Below are positions 1-12,500 of a stretch of 64,000 nt of DNA, in pieces. Origin of the DNA: a virus. How positions within the stretch are numbered: position 1 is the stretch's first letter; every line of letters begins with the position of its first letter. The notes under the pieces were generated by a model that searched no databases, was not told where the DNA came from, and worked only from the letters and a program-made list of their open reading frames with translations. Both the position numbers and the translations under genes were made by a program. The DNA lies in IMG/VR virus record IMGVR_UViG_3300034683_000142, positions 1 to 64,000 of that record; one strand, written 5' to 3'.

Positions 1-476
1 CTGCATTAACTCTAAAATTTGATTCAGGAACTACAGAAGGAACTAATTTATATACTTATAATGGTAGTACAGCTAAAACAATTGATATAAAAGCTGGAAC
101 AAATGTTACTCTTACTAAAGCAGCTGGGGTTATAACAATAAATTCACAAGATACAACTTATTCATTTTATGATTTACTCTTTAAGAATGCTACTGATACT
201 ACAGTAATGACCTATAAACCAGCTACTTCTCCAAGTAAAACAATCAAACAAGGTAGTAATATTACTATGTCTGTTGTTGGAGATGTTCTTACTCTTGGAG
301 CTATAGATACTTGAAGAGATGTTAAATTAAGGACTCCTGGAGCATCTTCTGCTACTAGTATAGGTAATGAAATATTAACTTTTGGAGAAGAATTCAATTG
401 GGACGCTACAAATAAAGAAGTAAAGTTAGGATGAACTGAAGTAGCAGCTAATGGTACAGTTACCTATACTTTTTAA
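1..476 (+). CDS. Tail fibre-like protein, C-terminal part (5' truncated; TGA=Trp)
   Basis: Frame 3 is open from the window start to TAA 474-476 if two TGAs are Trp (AIDT-W-RDV, KLG-W-TEV). Thr/Gly-rich beta-type sequence. Confidence 0.7.
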
Positions 477-489
477 TAATTTATAACAT

Positions 490-2415
490 ATGGCTTATAA
501 GACAAAATTTCTTAATTATGCTACACAAACTAGATTTGACACAGACTTAGCCAATGGATTAATTGATAGTAAATCTATAGTATTTATTCAAGATACTAAA
601 AGAATCTGAACTCATAATACTTTCTTTGACACTTTATGAAATTATATAGGAGGCAAACCAGCAACTTTTGCTCCATCACCACACACGTTGGATAGTCATT
701 CTAATGTTACCATTACTTCAAATACTGCTGGAGAAATACTTAAATGAGATGGTAGTAAATGGATTAATAATACATTAGCTGAAGCTGGCATTGCAGCTAC
801 TAGTCATACTCATCCTTATTTACCATTAAGTGGTGGTACATTAACAGGTAATGTAATTATCAATACAGACTCAAAATTACATTGGGAAAGAAATACAGAT
901 TATGTATCTATCTCATTTAAAAATACATCAGATTCTGATACTGATTCTTATATGTCATTTTATGCTGGGGACAATGGAAATGAGTATTTTAAATTTAGTA
1001 GCTACAGTGGAGCAACTCCTACAACTTTATTAGATCTTAAAAGAGGTACTTCTACTTTATATACAGATTTAAATGTTACTGGTAGTGTTACAGCTCCAAC
1101 ATTTATAGGTAATTTATCTGGAAATGCTTCTACTGCTACCAAACTCCAAACAGTACGAACATTATGGGGACAGCCTTTTGATGGTACAGGTAATGTATTT
1201 GGAGATTTAGCTAATGTTAGTAATATAACGGCAAGTGGAAATATAAAACTTAATTATTCGTCATTAATACCAAAAGCTATTGAGTTTAATGCAGACTATA
1301 ATGGAACTAATTGGGGAGCAAGAATAGTCGCAGATTATTATGGCACTAGGTATCATCCGAGTGTTTATCATGGAATGTCATTTATTAGCGGCAGAAATTA
1401 TTTTGATAATTTTAGGTGGTTTAAAGCTGATTTTTCTGAAATAATGACATTGTTCAAAACAGGGAATTTAGTTTTAGGAAAAGGTACTAATCCTACTGAT
1501 GATGGGTATAAGCTTGATGTATTCGGCCCAAGCAGATTCACAGGTAATGTAGTTTTATCAGATACTCTTAATGTAACTCTCTCAAAAGAAGTTGGTGGTC
1601 AGTTAGCTAATTTCGGGGTAAATTATGCCCAAGCCGGAGGTAGAAATGCAAGTGTTGATGGCGGTTTTTTTAGGATAGACACGCGCCCTGAGCAAAATCT
1701 ATTTGATGTTATTTATCAAAAAGGCGGAGTTCCAGGAGAAATTATTTTAATGGGGGTAAGTAAAGGTGGCAACTTATATGTTTCTGGTACAGGCAGGTTT
1801 ACAGGTGAAGTAACAGCACCAACTTTTATAGGAGCTTTAAGTGGTAATGCTTCATCGGCAACAAAGTTACAAACTGCAAGAACAATAGCAGGAGTTTCAT
1901 TTGACGGTACAGCTAACATAGCTATTCCATTTGCTAATCTTTCAAGCAAACCGACCACTTTAGCAGGCTATGGCATTACGGATGCGGCAAGTTTAAATCA
2001 TACTCACGCTTATCTTCCATTATCTGGAGGAAGTTTAACTTCTACGATGAAAAATGTAACTACTGGAGTATTTGGTAGTCCACACTTGGCATTAAAAGCA
2101 TCTAATACCTTAGACAATAATGGATTTGTTGGTATGACTTTTGCAACTTCAACCAGTCCTAACTATGGATATTCTTTAGGAGCTTTAAGAAGTACAAATG
2201 GTGGTGGAGATTTAGTTATTAGAAGGCATAATAATGATATTATAGGTACTGAAGTTGCAAGATTAAGTTCTATAGGAGAATTACAACTTAGTGGACATAC
2301 TGTATATCACACAGGTAATTTTAATCCATCTAACAAAGTTGATGTATCAACTTATAATTTAGATATGGGTAATATTGCTGCTTTATTAGATGATATTAAT
2401 GGAACTATTATATAA
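490..2415 (+). CDS. Tail fibre protein, 641 aa (TGA=Trp)
   Basis: ATG 490 is in frame with ORF 952..2415 through three TGAs. N-terminal SIVFIQDTKRIWTH motif, HTHxYLPLSGG twice, GNASxATKLQTxRT twice, and C-terminal GNIAALLDDINGTII, all typical of Bacteroidota phage fibres. Confidence 0.85.
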
Positions 2416-2430
2416 GATTAAAATTAATTT

Positions 2431-3384
2431 ATGGGTACAATAATTGATAAATTACAATGATTATGAAGTGTTAAAGTAGCAATATCTGATATTCTTCATA
2501 CCAAGTTAGGTAATATTAATAAAACAACTACATATACAGAGAATAGTAATTTTCAAGACTTACTTAATCAATTTAGTAACTGAGATTTTAGGAGAAGAAG
2601 GTTAGTTCCAGTTATGACACAATATTTACAATATAGCTATGGTACTGCTAATGGGGTTACTGGTTACTATAATGACTTTTGGTTTGACTATACTGACTAT
2701 GACTGAGCTAATGATATAGTACCAATAACACATTGTGCTTTGGGTGGATTTGATGCTGAAAATATGCTTACTAGATCTGAAACAGGAGTAGTCATGGGGA
2801 AAGTGGTTTCTCCTTATGGTGGAGCCACTGTAGCTAATTTACCTTTTTGTATGGGATGTGGTAGTACTGCCAATATGAGTAATCAAAATACTTGAATGAA
2901 CTATAATCCTTTATATGCAGGTATATCTTATTACTATTCTACAACTAATATGAAAATATTATTAGCTGACGATTACACAAAAAATGATGGTGTTTTTATA
3001 TTAGGAAACATTGCATTAGTAGATCCATTGATGTTTGGTAGCAGTATAAGTGATTTAGCTTTAGTATGTATATCTTATAGATTAATAAATCCTTCTTATA
3101 CATCTAGTTCTACTAATACCACTAACTGGATAGGTATTGATGTGAGTGTGACTAGAAATAATACTGGAAATTATACTTTAACTTGAAATGTAGGGTATAA
3201 TAACTATAACTATATATGGCCATTATTTACTGGAGTCCAGACCACTAGTGGTGGACCTGCATATGTAACAGTTAAAGATATAACTATAAATGCATCTACA
3301 ACTGTAGTTAAAGTTTTAACTGGAGACGATCCAGATATTAGTGATAGAGCATTTAATGCTATTTTATTTGGGAGAAAATCATAA
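2431..3384 (+). CDS. Fibre-associated tip/adhesin protein A, 317 aa
   Basis: Open with 6 TGA=Trp. Starts MGTIIDKLQWL; C-terminal domain VTRNNTGNY...PAYVTV...TGDD. Confidence 0.7.
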
Positions 3385-3914
3385 TGGGATCTATAAGTGC
3401 AAAATTAAGCTGATTAATAGCTAGAAAGAAATGAATAGTGGACTGAATCAATTCTAAAACTAATTACAATAATACTACTGGTGCCTCTAAGCCTTTTACT
3501 GGGACTTATGCTTCAGTACCATTTTATAATATTACTAATAATTTAGTTTGTTTCTTTCCAAATGGTTATCCAGAAGTAGTTGCCTATGTTCATTATGAAA
3601 ATGGGGTTCTTAATACAAGTTATAATGTAGGACATTATATAAGACCAGGAGTAAGTGTTTCATGTAGTAGGGCAGATACTGGTAAGTACAATTTTAGTAT
3701 AACACATCCATCTGACTTAGTTGGTTATGAATACCAAATATTTGCTTATGGTGGGCATGTTGATTCAAATTTTAATAACCCTTGTTATGCTACATGTAGT
3801 CCTACTAATTATACAACATCAGGTACTCATACATTTCTTATATTTACATCAGATGATGATACTAGAAATAACGGGTCTTTTACTATTCTTGTATTAGCAT
3901 GTAAATCTATATAA
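3384..3914 (+). CDS. Fibre-associated tip/adhesin protein B, 176 aa (paralogue of A; absent from the ORF track)
   Basis: TAATG overlap with the previous gene. Starts MGSISAKLSWL with 3 early TGAs; C-terminal CSRADTGKY...PCYATC...TSDDDTRNNGSF. Confidence 0.7.
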
Positions 3915-3918
3915 TATT

Positions 3919-4479
3919 ATGAAAATGGATAAAGTAAAATTTTATAATTGTATTAGAAGTACAATATTTGGAAAATTATTACAAAATCAAGTTGATAGTA
4001 TAGAAGCTATACTTAATGAATGTAATAATATGGATGAAAGAAAAATAGCTTATATACTAGGAACTGTTTACCATGAGACTGCTAGAACTATGTTACCCAT
4101 AGAAGAGTATGGTAGAGGTAAAGGTCATTTATATGGTAAAAAAATTAAACACAATGGAGAGATATATTCTTATCCAGATAAATTATATTATGGTAGGGGT
4201 TTTGTACAGCTAACTTGATATGAAAATTATGAAAAATTTGGAGAGTTGTTAAATATACCTTTATTAGAAAACCCAGAACTAGCTTTAGATACAAATGTAT
4301 CTGCAAAAATACTTGTAATAGGTATGGAAAAAGGGTTATTTACTGGAAAAAAGTTAGATAACTACTTTAATGAGGAAAAAACAGATTGAAGAAATGCTAG
4401 AAGAATAATAAATGGACTAGACAAAGCAGATACTATAGCAAACTATGCTAAAAAATTTTATAATTGTTTAAGTGAATAA
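3919..4479 (+). CDS. Endolysin, glycoside hydrolase family 19-like, 186 aa
   Basis: AYILGTVYHET, YYGRGFVQLT-W(TGA)-YENY, LLENPELAL and D-W(TGA)-RNARRIING are GH19 phage lysin motifs. Ends at TAA 4477-4479. Confidence 0.9.
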
Positions 4480-4489
4480 TATTTTATAT

Positions 4490-4654
4490 ATGTATAATTT
4501 TGGTAAAAGATTGTTTAAGGATATTAGAAATAATAAAATAATATCCTCAAAATCTAAAATTCTGGCATTTACTGAGTTTTATGATTATTACAGAACTAGA
4601 GGAGAAGAACCTCCTACTATGGAAGAGATAGAAGAAGTAGAAGAAAATAAATAA
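4490..4654 (+). CDS. Small hypothetical protein
   Basis: Short ORF filling the gap after the endolysin; acidic C-terminus. Confidence 0.45.
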   Translation: MYNFGKRLFKDIRNNKIISSKSKILAFTEFYDYYRTRGEEPPTMEEIEEVEENK

Positions 4655-4661
4655 TGTGATT

Positions 4662-4949
4662 ATGAATATAAGAATAAATACAGAAGATAAAACTATTATA
4701 GTATATAATGGAACTATTGGAGAAATAATTAAGTTTCTAAAACATTCAGTAGATGATTGGGAAGAATATACAATTGAAGACAAAGAACCTAAACTCTATG
4801 TTTCTCCATATCCTTCAACTTATCCCTATTATACCTATGGAGGTATAAATCAATCAGATTTAAAAGTTACAAGTTCAGATAACAATTTTAAAAGTGATGG
4901 CAGCGGAGCAGCTGTTGGATCTTTAAATGGAGTCAGTCTTAAATATTAA
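4662..4949 (+). CDS. Hypothetical protein
   Basis: Uninterrupted ORF in a tightly packed operon (GTG 4656 or ATG 4662). Confidence 0.6.
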   Translation: MNIRINTEDKTIIVYNGTIGEIIKFLKHSVDDWEEYTIEDKEPKLYVSPYPSTYPYYTYGGINQSDLKVTSSDNNFKSDGSGAAVGSLNGVSLKY

Positions 4950-4954
4950 AAACT

Positions 4955-5218
4955 ATGTCATTGAGAAAATTTACAAGAGTTAATGGATCAATAGAAGTAA
5001 ATTCTATAGTACTAAATTTAGATTTTGAAGTAGTAAATAATGTTCCAGGAATTATATCATTTAATTTTAGCAATAATGGTACTTATGTTTCTGGGTCATA
5101 TTCTACAAAACTAGACTATTATTCTGTTAATGGTGAAATACTGCCATCAGAAATTATGTCAGAAGTAGTAACTGCATTAGAAAATGTAAGAACTAACTAT
5201 GAGGACTACCTTGAATAG
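4955..5218 (+). CDS. Hypothetical protein, 87 aa
   Basis: Uninterrupted ORF ending in TAG, with an A-rich leader. Confidence 0.65.
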   Translation: MSLRKFTRVNGSIEVNSIVLNLDFEVVNNVPGIISFNFSNNGTYVSGSYSTKLDYYSVNGEILPSEIMSEVVTALENVRTNYEDYLE

Positions 5219-5462
5219 AACATTTTTATACCTTAAAGCAAGATGGCAAGCAGAGACTCCAAAAATAGCAGTATATATTCAGTGATTTAGTGGATTAATA
5301 GCTGCTATAATTTATGCTTTAAGTGTGTTTTGAACATCTTTACCAGTAGAATGAAAAGAAAACGTCCCAGATACAATAACAAATAACATAGTGTATATTG
5401 GAGGTATAGCAGTTATATTACCTATTATACTACAATTCTTAGAAAAGAAAAATAAAAATTAA
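5199..5462 (+). CDS. Putative holin, 87 aa, two transmembrane segments (absent from the ORF track)
   Basis: MRTTLNRTFLYLKARWQAETPKIAVYIQWFSGLIAAIIYALSVFWTSLPVEWKE...IVYIGGIAVILPIILQFLEKKNKN with 3 TGA=Trp. Two hydrophobic helices, basic tail, close to the endolysin. Confidence 0.65.
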
Positions 5463-5911
5463 TGATTATGACTTTAAATGAAGCTTTAGTAAGACAAAAT
5501 TTCTTTAGTAAAATAGTTCTAAAGAATGGTAATGAAGAGTTACCTAAAGATTTGAAAGTAAAAGTAATGGCAATGAGAATAGAGTTGAATAAACTTAGAA
5601 ATCAATTTGAACAGGACTCTCAAGAAGCTATTAGGGAACTAAAACCAGAGGGTTTTGATGAATTGTATTTAAAACCAGATAAAACTGAAGAAGAGCAAAA
5701 ACTATTAGATGAAATGACTAAAAAACTTACAGATGAACATAATGCCTTTATTTTAGAGGAAGGTAAAAAACCTGTGTCTTTTGATAAAAAACTCACGCAA
5801 GAAGAATTTAATGAGCTTATTAACACAAATTCTAATAGTGTGGAGATAAATGGAACTCAACTGAGTGCAGAGGATTTCTTAGAAATTATATATAGTCTTT
5901 TCGTTGATTAA
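5462..5911 (+). CDS. Hypothetical acidic helical protein, 149 aa
   Basis: Intact ORF, TAATG-coupled to the holin. Confidence 0.75.
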   Translation: MIMTLNEALVRQNFFSKIVLKNGNEELPKDLKVKVMAMRIELNKLRNQFEQDSQEAIRELKPEGFDELYLKPDKTEEEQKLLDEMTKKLTDEHNAFILEEGKKPVSFDKKLTQEEFNELINTNSNSVEINGTQLSAEDFLEIIYSLFVD

Positions 5912-5923
5912 AAAATCTTTATA

Positions 5924-8900
5924 ATGGGAGAATTTATAGAATTGATTGGGCAATTAAAGCCTAAAAATAATGGTAATTTTCCTATCGCTGATACTACTGA
6001 TTTAATTGGAGGGTATATTCAATTAGACTATGTAGCACAGTTAAATGAATACCTAAATACTGGAAAAGTAAGACAAGGTATGTTAGCTTATGTTACAGAG
6101 ACTAATAGAATATACCAATATCAGCAAGGAATATGAATCCCATGATCTGGTGGATCTGGTGGAGATGGAGGATTATCCATTATTAAAGTAGATAATCTCT
6201 CAGATTTAAATAATACAGCATTAAAAGTAACTGGACAATTAGTATATGTAGAAGAAGTAAAAGATTTAAGACTATATAATGGTGTAGAATGAGTATCTTT
6301 TAGTAAAATATATATACAACCTACACCTCCAGAAGACAAGGGAGGTATTTGAATAGATACTTCTGATGAAAAAACATATACAAGCTCTAATGGAATAATT
6401 TTAAATTTATTGCAAATACTATCTATTTTAGAAGAAAGAGTTAGAAGAATAGATTGAGCATTAGGTAATCAATTAGACTTTGGAGATTTTTCAAATAATC
6501 ATTATCAAGAATATGAAGATTATGAAAATCCTATAGAACCTTCTTATGGTACAGATACAGAAGAGGATTTTTGAAGACTTTCTGATAATTTACTAAGTGT
6601 AGTAGAAGAATTAGAACCTACACAATATAAATCTATAACTCCAACAGGTAAGCATTTAAGTATAAAAGGAGGAACTTATGCTGATATGATAAAGTATAAG
6701 GATAACTTTTTACCAAATGAACTACTATGGTGTGAGGATAGAAAACAACTATGAATAAAAGATAAAAGGACAAATAATTTAGTAATAATTGGTTCTGTTG
6801 GTGGAACAACCCCAGAACCTGATGACGATACTATGGAGCAAATACTAACGCAAGTTGTAGGTACTGGAACCAATACAGAAACAAAAATTATTGGAATAGA
6901 ATTTGGAGATATGGCCAATCTAGAAAACACTTATAGATTAAGTGTAAAGAATGGTAAACTAGATTTATATGATTATAGACTAGATAAAAACACTCTTGCT
7001 GGTAATGCCCAAGTAGTATCTAGTGGTGAATACTATACTAAACCATATTTTCCAATTCTTAGTGACTTTACAGGAAATACTAATTCTCCGATGATTTATA
7101 TAAATTCTTTATATGCTGGTGGGGATAGTACTTCTAAAGATTATAACCCTTGTTCACATAACTTTATTGAGTTATGTAATTTAACAAATATTGATTTAAA
7201 TTTAAAAGGGTTATACTTACACTATACAGAAAAGAATTCAGGACAGTGGGTATCATTGCCACTAAAAGGAGTAATAAAATCTAAAAGTACTTTTTTAATT
7301 AGAGGTGCTCAATGTTCTGTTATAGATATTAACACTACTTATATAAAAGTAAATACATTTGATATAGAGTGAACAAAAGATTTAACCTATAATCCAGATG
7401 TATTAGCAACTACAAATCCAGAATATAATATCTGGGATGAAAACAATTTAATAAGATTTTCTAACAGCTGTTCATTTTATATAAGTGGAGAGCCTTCTGA
7501 AAACTATTTTGCTACTAACATACTATCTGACACAGCTCCATGAAGTACAGTAGGAGTAAAAAAATGGTATGTAGATTTAGTAGGTATAGGTTCTTATAAT
7601 GGAACAGCAATGCCTAATGAAGGAGCACCTATTCCTGCTGTAGGTAAGAATAATTTATATGTTAGATACCATACTATGGATTTTATATCTCAAGCTATAA
7701 AAGCTACAACAGCAAGAAAAAATTCTTCTGAATGAACTTATATAGACATGAGTGTAGATAATCCAAAATTAAATAAATCTGTATATATACCTAAGGCATC
7801 ATATGAATCAAAAGATGTATTTTATAACAAAACAAAATTAACTGATGGAGCACCAAATATAATAACTTGTTCTTTTGGACAAAATGCTCATACTACAAGA
7901 TGTTTTAATTGAATATCTAAAGGATATTATAATGAATATATATGGTTTGCAGATTCAGAAGGTAATTATATAGAAGAAAATAAATTTGAGTCATTTAAAG
8001 CAGGTGATAATAGACCATCTACTAAGAATTGAAATGATCCAATATATGATAGAATAAGAATTATTGCTACAGATGGTACTGCATTTACAGTACATAAATT
8101 TATAAAAGATTGAGCAGAAGTTTCTGAACCTACAGTTATTAAATACAAAGTAGGTAGAGATAATGCTTGGTCTGAAGAAAGATCATTTACATTAAGAAAT
8201 CGTAATGATGTTATTAACTCAGGATTTAATTTTCTACATGTAACAGATCAACAAGGATTTAATCCAGAAGAATTAGAAACTTGGAGAGTATGTGCAGAAT
8301 TTATTGATAATGATAGAGTTAATAATGATTATGATTGAGTAATGAATACAGGAGATGAAACTCAAAATGGTAATAGAATTGGAGAATGGATAGATTATTT
8401 TAAAGGTGGAGAAGTTATATTTAAAGATAAAGAACAAATGTATGTTGTAGGTAATAATGACCTTTCACCAGAAGATTTTACTATATTAGGAGATGGTGGT
8501 GATTTAAGTAAAATAAATCCTTATAATGTATTATTATTCTTTACATTTGAACATCCTTATGAAATACCTAGAAGCTCTACAGGAGTATATATTCCAAGTG
8601 TATATAGTTTTATATATGGAGATACTTATTTCTTAGCTATGAACTCTGAAATATCTTCATTAACTAATGATTTAGTATTTGAAGTACCTTCTAGTGAAAA
8701 TGTATATACAGATGATATTAAACCTTGAGTAGAGAGGGATATGCAGCATTTTGTAGATGATAGTATAAAATGAAGAGTAGCATTTAATCATGAATCTCCG
8801 TTTACTATTATAACAGCAGAAACTATAATGTCTTATGTACATGCTGGAGAGGGAGGAGCACTAGTAAAAGATTTAACTTCTGAAAGAGGTGGATCTAGAG

Positions 8901-9550
8901 CTAATACTGTAGGAAATTATTGATTTTCTGAATTTTTACAAAATAATGAATTTAATATGTGTTTATGTGGTCACAAACATACTTATGCTAATTCTAAATA
9001 CTTAAGAGATGATAGCACTCTTACTATGGAACCTATAGTTTATGATCCTACATATAACCCAGAAACTGGTACATATCCAGATTGGTATAATGCTTTGCCA
9101 GAAAGAGAAAAAATGTGTGTAAGATTAAGTAATGATACAACACAACATTATGTAAGATATGTAATGTGTCAAGCTACTGGTTATAAATTAACTTCAAATA
9201 AAGAGTTACCTGCTAAAAATATACCTTGATTATTAGAATATTATCCTGTTACTGCACAAGTTGAAAATCCAACAACAAATACTGCTAGTGTAACACCTAA
9301 TGCTGCACAAAAATTTCCTCATTATATAATATGGAATATAGGAAAAGGTACAGAAACAGAAACTACAACAATAGTACCAGAACGTGATAGAATAATGGGA
9401 AAACCTTATAAAATAGTTTTATCTGCTAGTCCTACTACTCTTTGAGCATATCATTATAATAATCCAATACATTATACACAATTAACTAAAGTTCCAGCAA
9501 ATGGATCAGTTAATCCTACTAGAAATATAATTATTGAAAAATTACAATAA
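5924..9550 (+). CDS. Virion-type multidomain protein: attachment region, lamin-tail domain, purple acid phosphatase-like metallophosphoesterase, 1208 aa
   Basis: ORFs 5924, 6833, 8342 and 8957 share one frame and are separated only by TGA. LTD motif SHNFIELCNLTNIDLNLKGLYLHY. Calcineurin-like motifs TDQQG, NTGDETQNG, VGNND, KWRVAFNHESP, LCGHKHTY, preceded by an FN3-like PAP N-domain (YKVGRDNAWSEERSF). Confidence 0.8.
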
Positions 9551-12500
9551 TGAAAATAAAGCATTATGATTTTGATTTACAGAAATGAGTTATTGATGGA
9601 GCATCTAATTCAAGCGATTTAGAACTTTCTAATCCAGCCTACTTAGATGACGAAGGTAACTCAATTTCTGTAGATCAGGGATTTACAAAAGTAGCAAATA
9701 AACTAAAAGAAATAGAAGATAACTTAGCCTGGATCTATATAAACGGTGCACATGGAGGTACTGGAGGCGGTGGTGGCACTGGTGAGGGTAATATAACTAT
9801 ACAAGTATTTGAAGGCACTACTATATACACATCAACTAGCACGGCTAATTTTAGTATTCTAATCAACAATGGCACCGTGTCTAGGGCATTTACAATAGTA
9901 ATTAAAGATGTAAGTACAGGAAGAGTATTAACTACTTTAAAAAAGTATTCTCTTACAAGAATTCCTATACAACTCACAGATCTAACTGGGAATGTTGATT
10001 TAGAAATATCAGCGTATGACTCTGCTTATAACTATGCAATTCCAACATATGTATCTATAGTATATGGAGCAATAAGCTTATCTTTACAAACTACTCCAGC
10101 AAAAACAATAATAAGAGGAGCAACTTCTGAAGTTCCTGCTAATTTTACAATTAGAAACAATATATTAGGTGCAACATCATCTTTTGTTTTTAAAGTAAAC
10201 AGTTTAGTAATAGATACTCAAACTAATATAAATGTATCTCCTAAATCTATATTATATAATATAAGAGATATACTATTTAATGGTGAATTATTTCCATCTG
10301 TATATGCTGGACAAAAGTTTTATTTTGAAGCTTATGCTTCAACTATACTAAATGGTGTAGAGATACAGTCTAATACTATAACATTTGATGTTACAGCAGT
10401 AGAGGCAGATAGTTTAATAATAGTAGTTAATGGTATTTCTGAAGAAGATTCTAGTTATAGTAGTATAACACAGTATAGTCAGGGATCTCAATTAAGCTTT
10501 ACTTATTATCTAAGCTATGCTCCAATAAAATATACTACTTTTAATGTAAATTATAGTATATATCTAATGTCTAATGGTGTTAAGTTATCAGATACACCAA
10601 TAGATTCTGGATTAATACCAAATGTTAATAAAGGAATAAATTCTGTATTCTCAATAAGCACTATAAATTTGCCTATAAATGCAGAGTCAGAATATTTGAT
10701 GATAGAATTATTTGCATCATCTACTTCAGATCCTGGAGATGTATCTGCACAATATACTAAAAGAGTATATGCCGTTATTTCCGAAGCTGTAAAATTAGAT
10801 ATGTATGCAAATAATGATATACATACTTTATTGGCTTATTATTCTAGAGTAACTGGTTTTCCAGCTGCAAGTGAAACTGAATGAAATTATGCTCTTAGTC
10901 ATACTGGCAGGTTTCCATATGATGATATATTTTTCAATCAATTTCCAGATGGAGTTAACTTATACCTACACAAAACTAATGGAACTTCTACAGGATTTAT
11001 AAACAATACTGATAGAATAAATAATATACCAGGAATAGTATTAAGTGGTGGTTCTTATGCTAATATAGCAGTAGCTAATCAGATGTTTCCTAATTATACT
11101 ATAGGAGAGTTTGGATTCTTTCAACCAAAAGGTTTTAACATATCTTTTACTTATAAAGCTGATTCTACCAATGGTGTAATAATGAGTATTGGTAGATATA
11201 AAAATGATTTACTAGATTCTGGTATAGAAGTTACATCAGAAGATGTAACTGTAAAAATAGGTACAGCTGATACATTAAATGTAAAATTACCTCAACAAGA
11301 ATTACTTACTATAGATATTGATGTATCCTTATTAGGAAATGTTGGTTGGTATTTCAAAATATATGTAAATGGAGTTTTATCAGCAGTTTCTAGAGTAGAT
11401 CAATCTGCAATTGACTGGACTTTTAATCAAGATTTGTATTTTGGGTGTAGAAATAATAATGGAGTATTAAGTAGGTTTTCTAATGTAACAATATACGATA
11501 TTAAACTTTATACATCTTCACAAACTGAATATGCTATTGTACAAAATTATATATCAGCTACAGAGCAGGCTTCTTTAAATCGTGGTGTTGTAGATGAATC
11601 TTTGGATGCAGAATTAAGATCAAAGAACTTATTTGATTCTGAAGGTAATTGTTTATTATGGGATAAAGCTAATAATTCATTCTATAGCGGAGACCAGTTA
11701 TATAATACATTAAGTGCACAAATGGATGTAAATACTCCATATCCTATTGTATTAATAAGAGAAACTAGTAGCTCCTATACAGAATTTAAAGCTTACTCTA
11801 CAGCTATTTTCTCAGCAGAACAGAAAGAAGAAATTATGAGTAAAACTTTTCCATGTGAAATAACTTTTAAGAATAAGTTAGGAGAAGTTTTAATAAGCAC
11901 TCCAAATGGTGTATCAGCAAATAATGGAGTAAGGATTGGATTGCAAGGTACTTCTTCATTATCTTATAATGCAAAGAACTTTGAGCTATATATGGGTAAT
12001 AAAGATGAGACTGGTAAATTACAACTATTTCAACCTATACAAGAGTGGCTTCCAGAAAATGAATTTACTCTGAAAGCTGATGTTATGGATTCAGCACATG
12101 TCAATAACGTAGTTATAGGTAAGATAATAAATGGCGAAGTTACTAATGAAGCTGGCATACCTATAAAACCATTAAGTGCTACCCCACCGATGTTACTACC
12201 AGATTCTGTTTTTGCATCAACTGAGAAGGCACAAGAAATTAAAAGCAAAATAAAGCATACTTCCGATGGTTTTCCTTGTCTAGTATTTATAAATTTTGCA
12301 CCAGACAGAATTACAGGAATGAGAGAGACCAGGTTTATGGGTATATATAACTTCAATTTAGGGAGATATGCCAATTATAATTTAGGTCTAAAAGTACTTA
12401 CTGATTACACACCTGTAACTCCTGGAGGAGCTCCAACTATTATAGAAGATTATTCTGATTTACAAACATATTGGAACACTACACCAGCTAATGGTACTTT

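Noticed and set aside
490-3914. Diversity-generating retroelement target or invertible tail cassette
   Set aside because: No reverse transcriptase, invertase or near-identical template/variable repeat pair in the window. The repeats are diverged at the DNA level.
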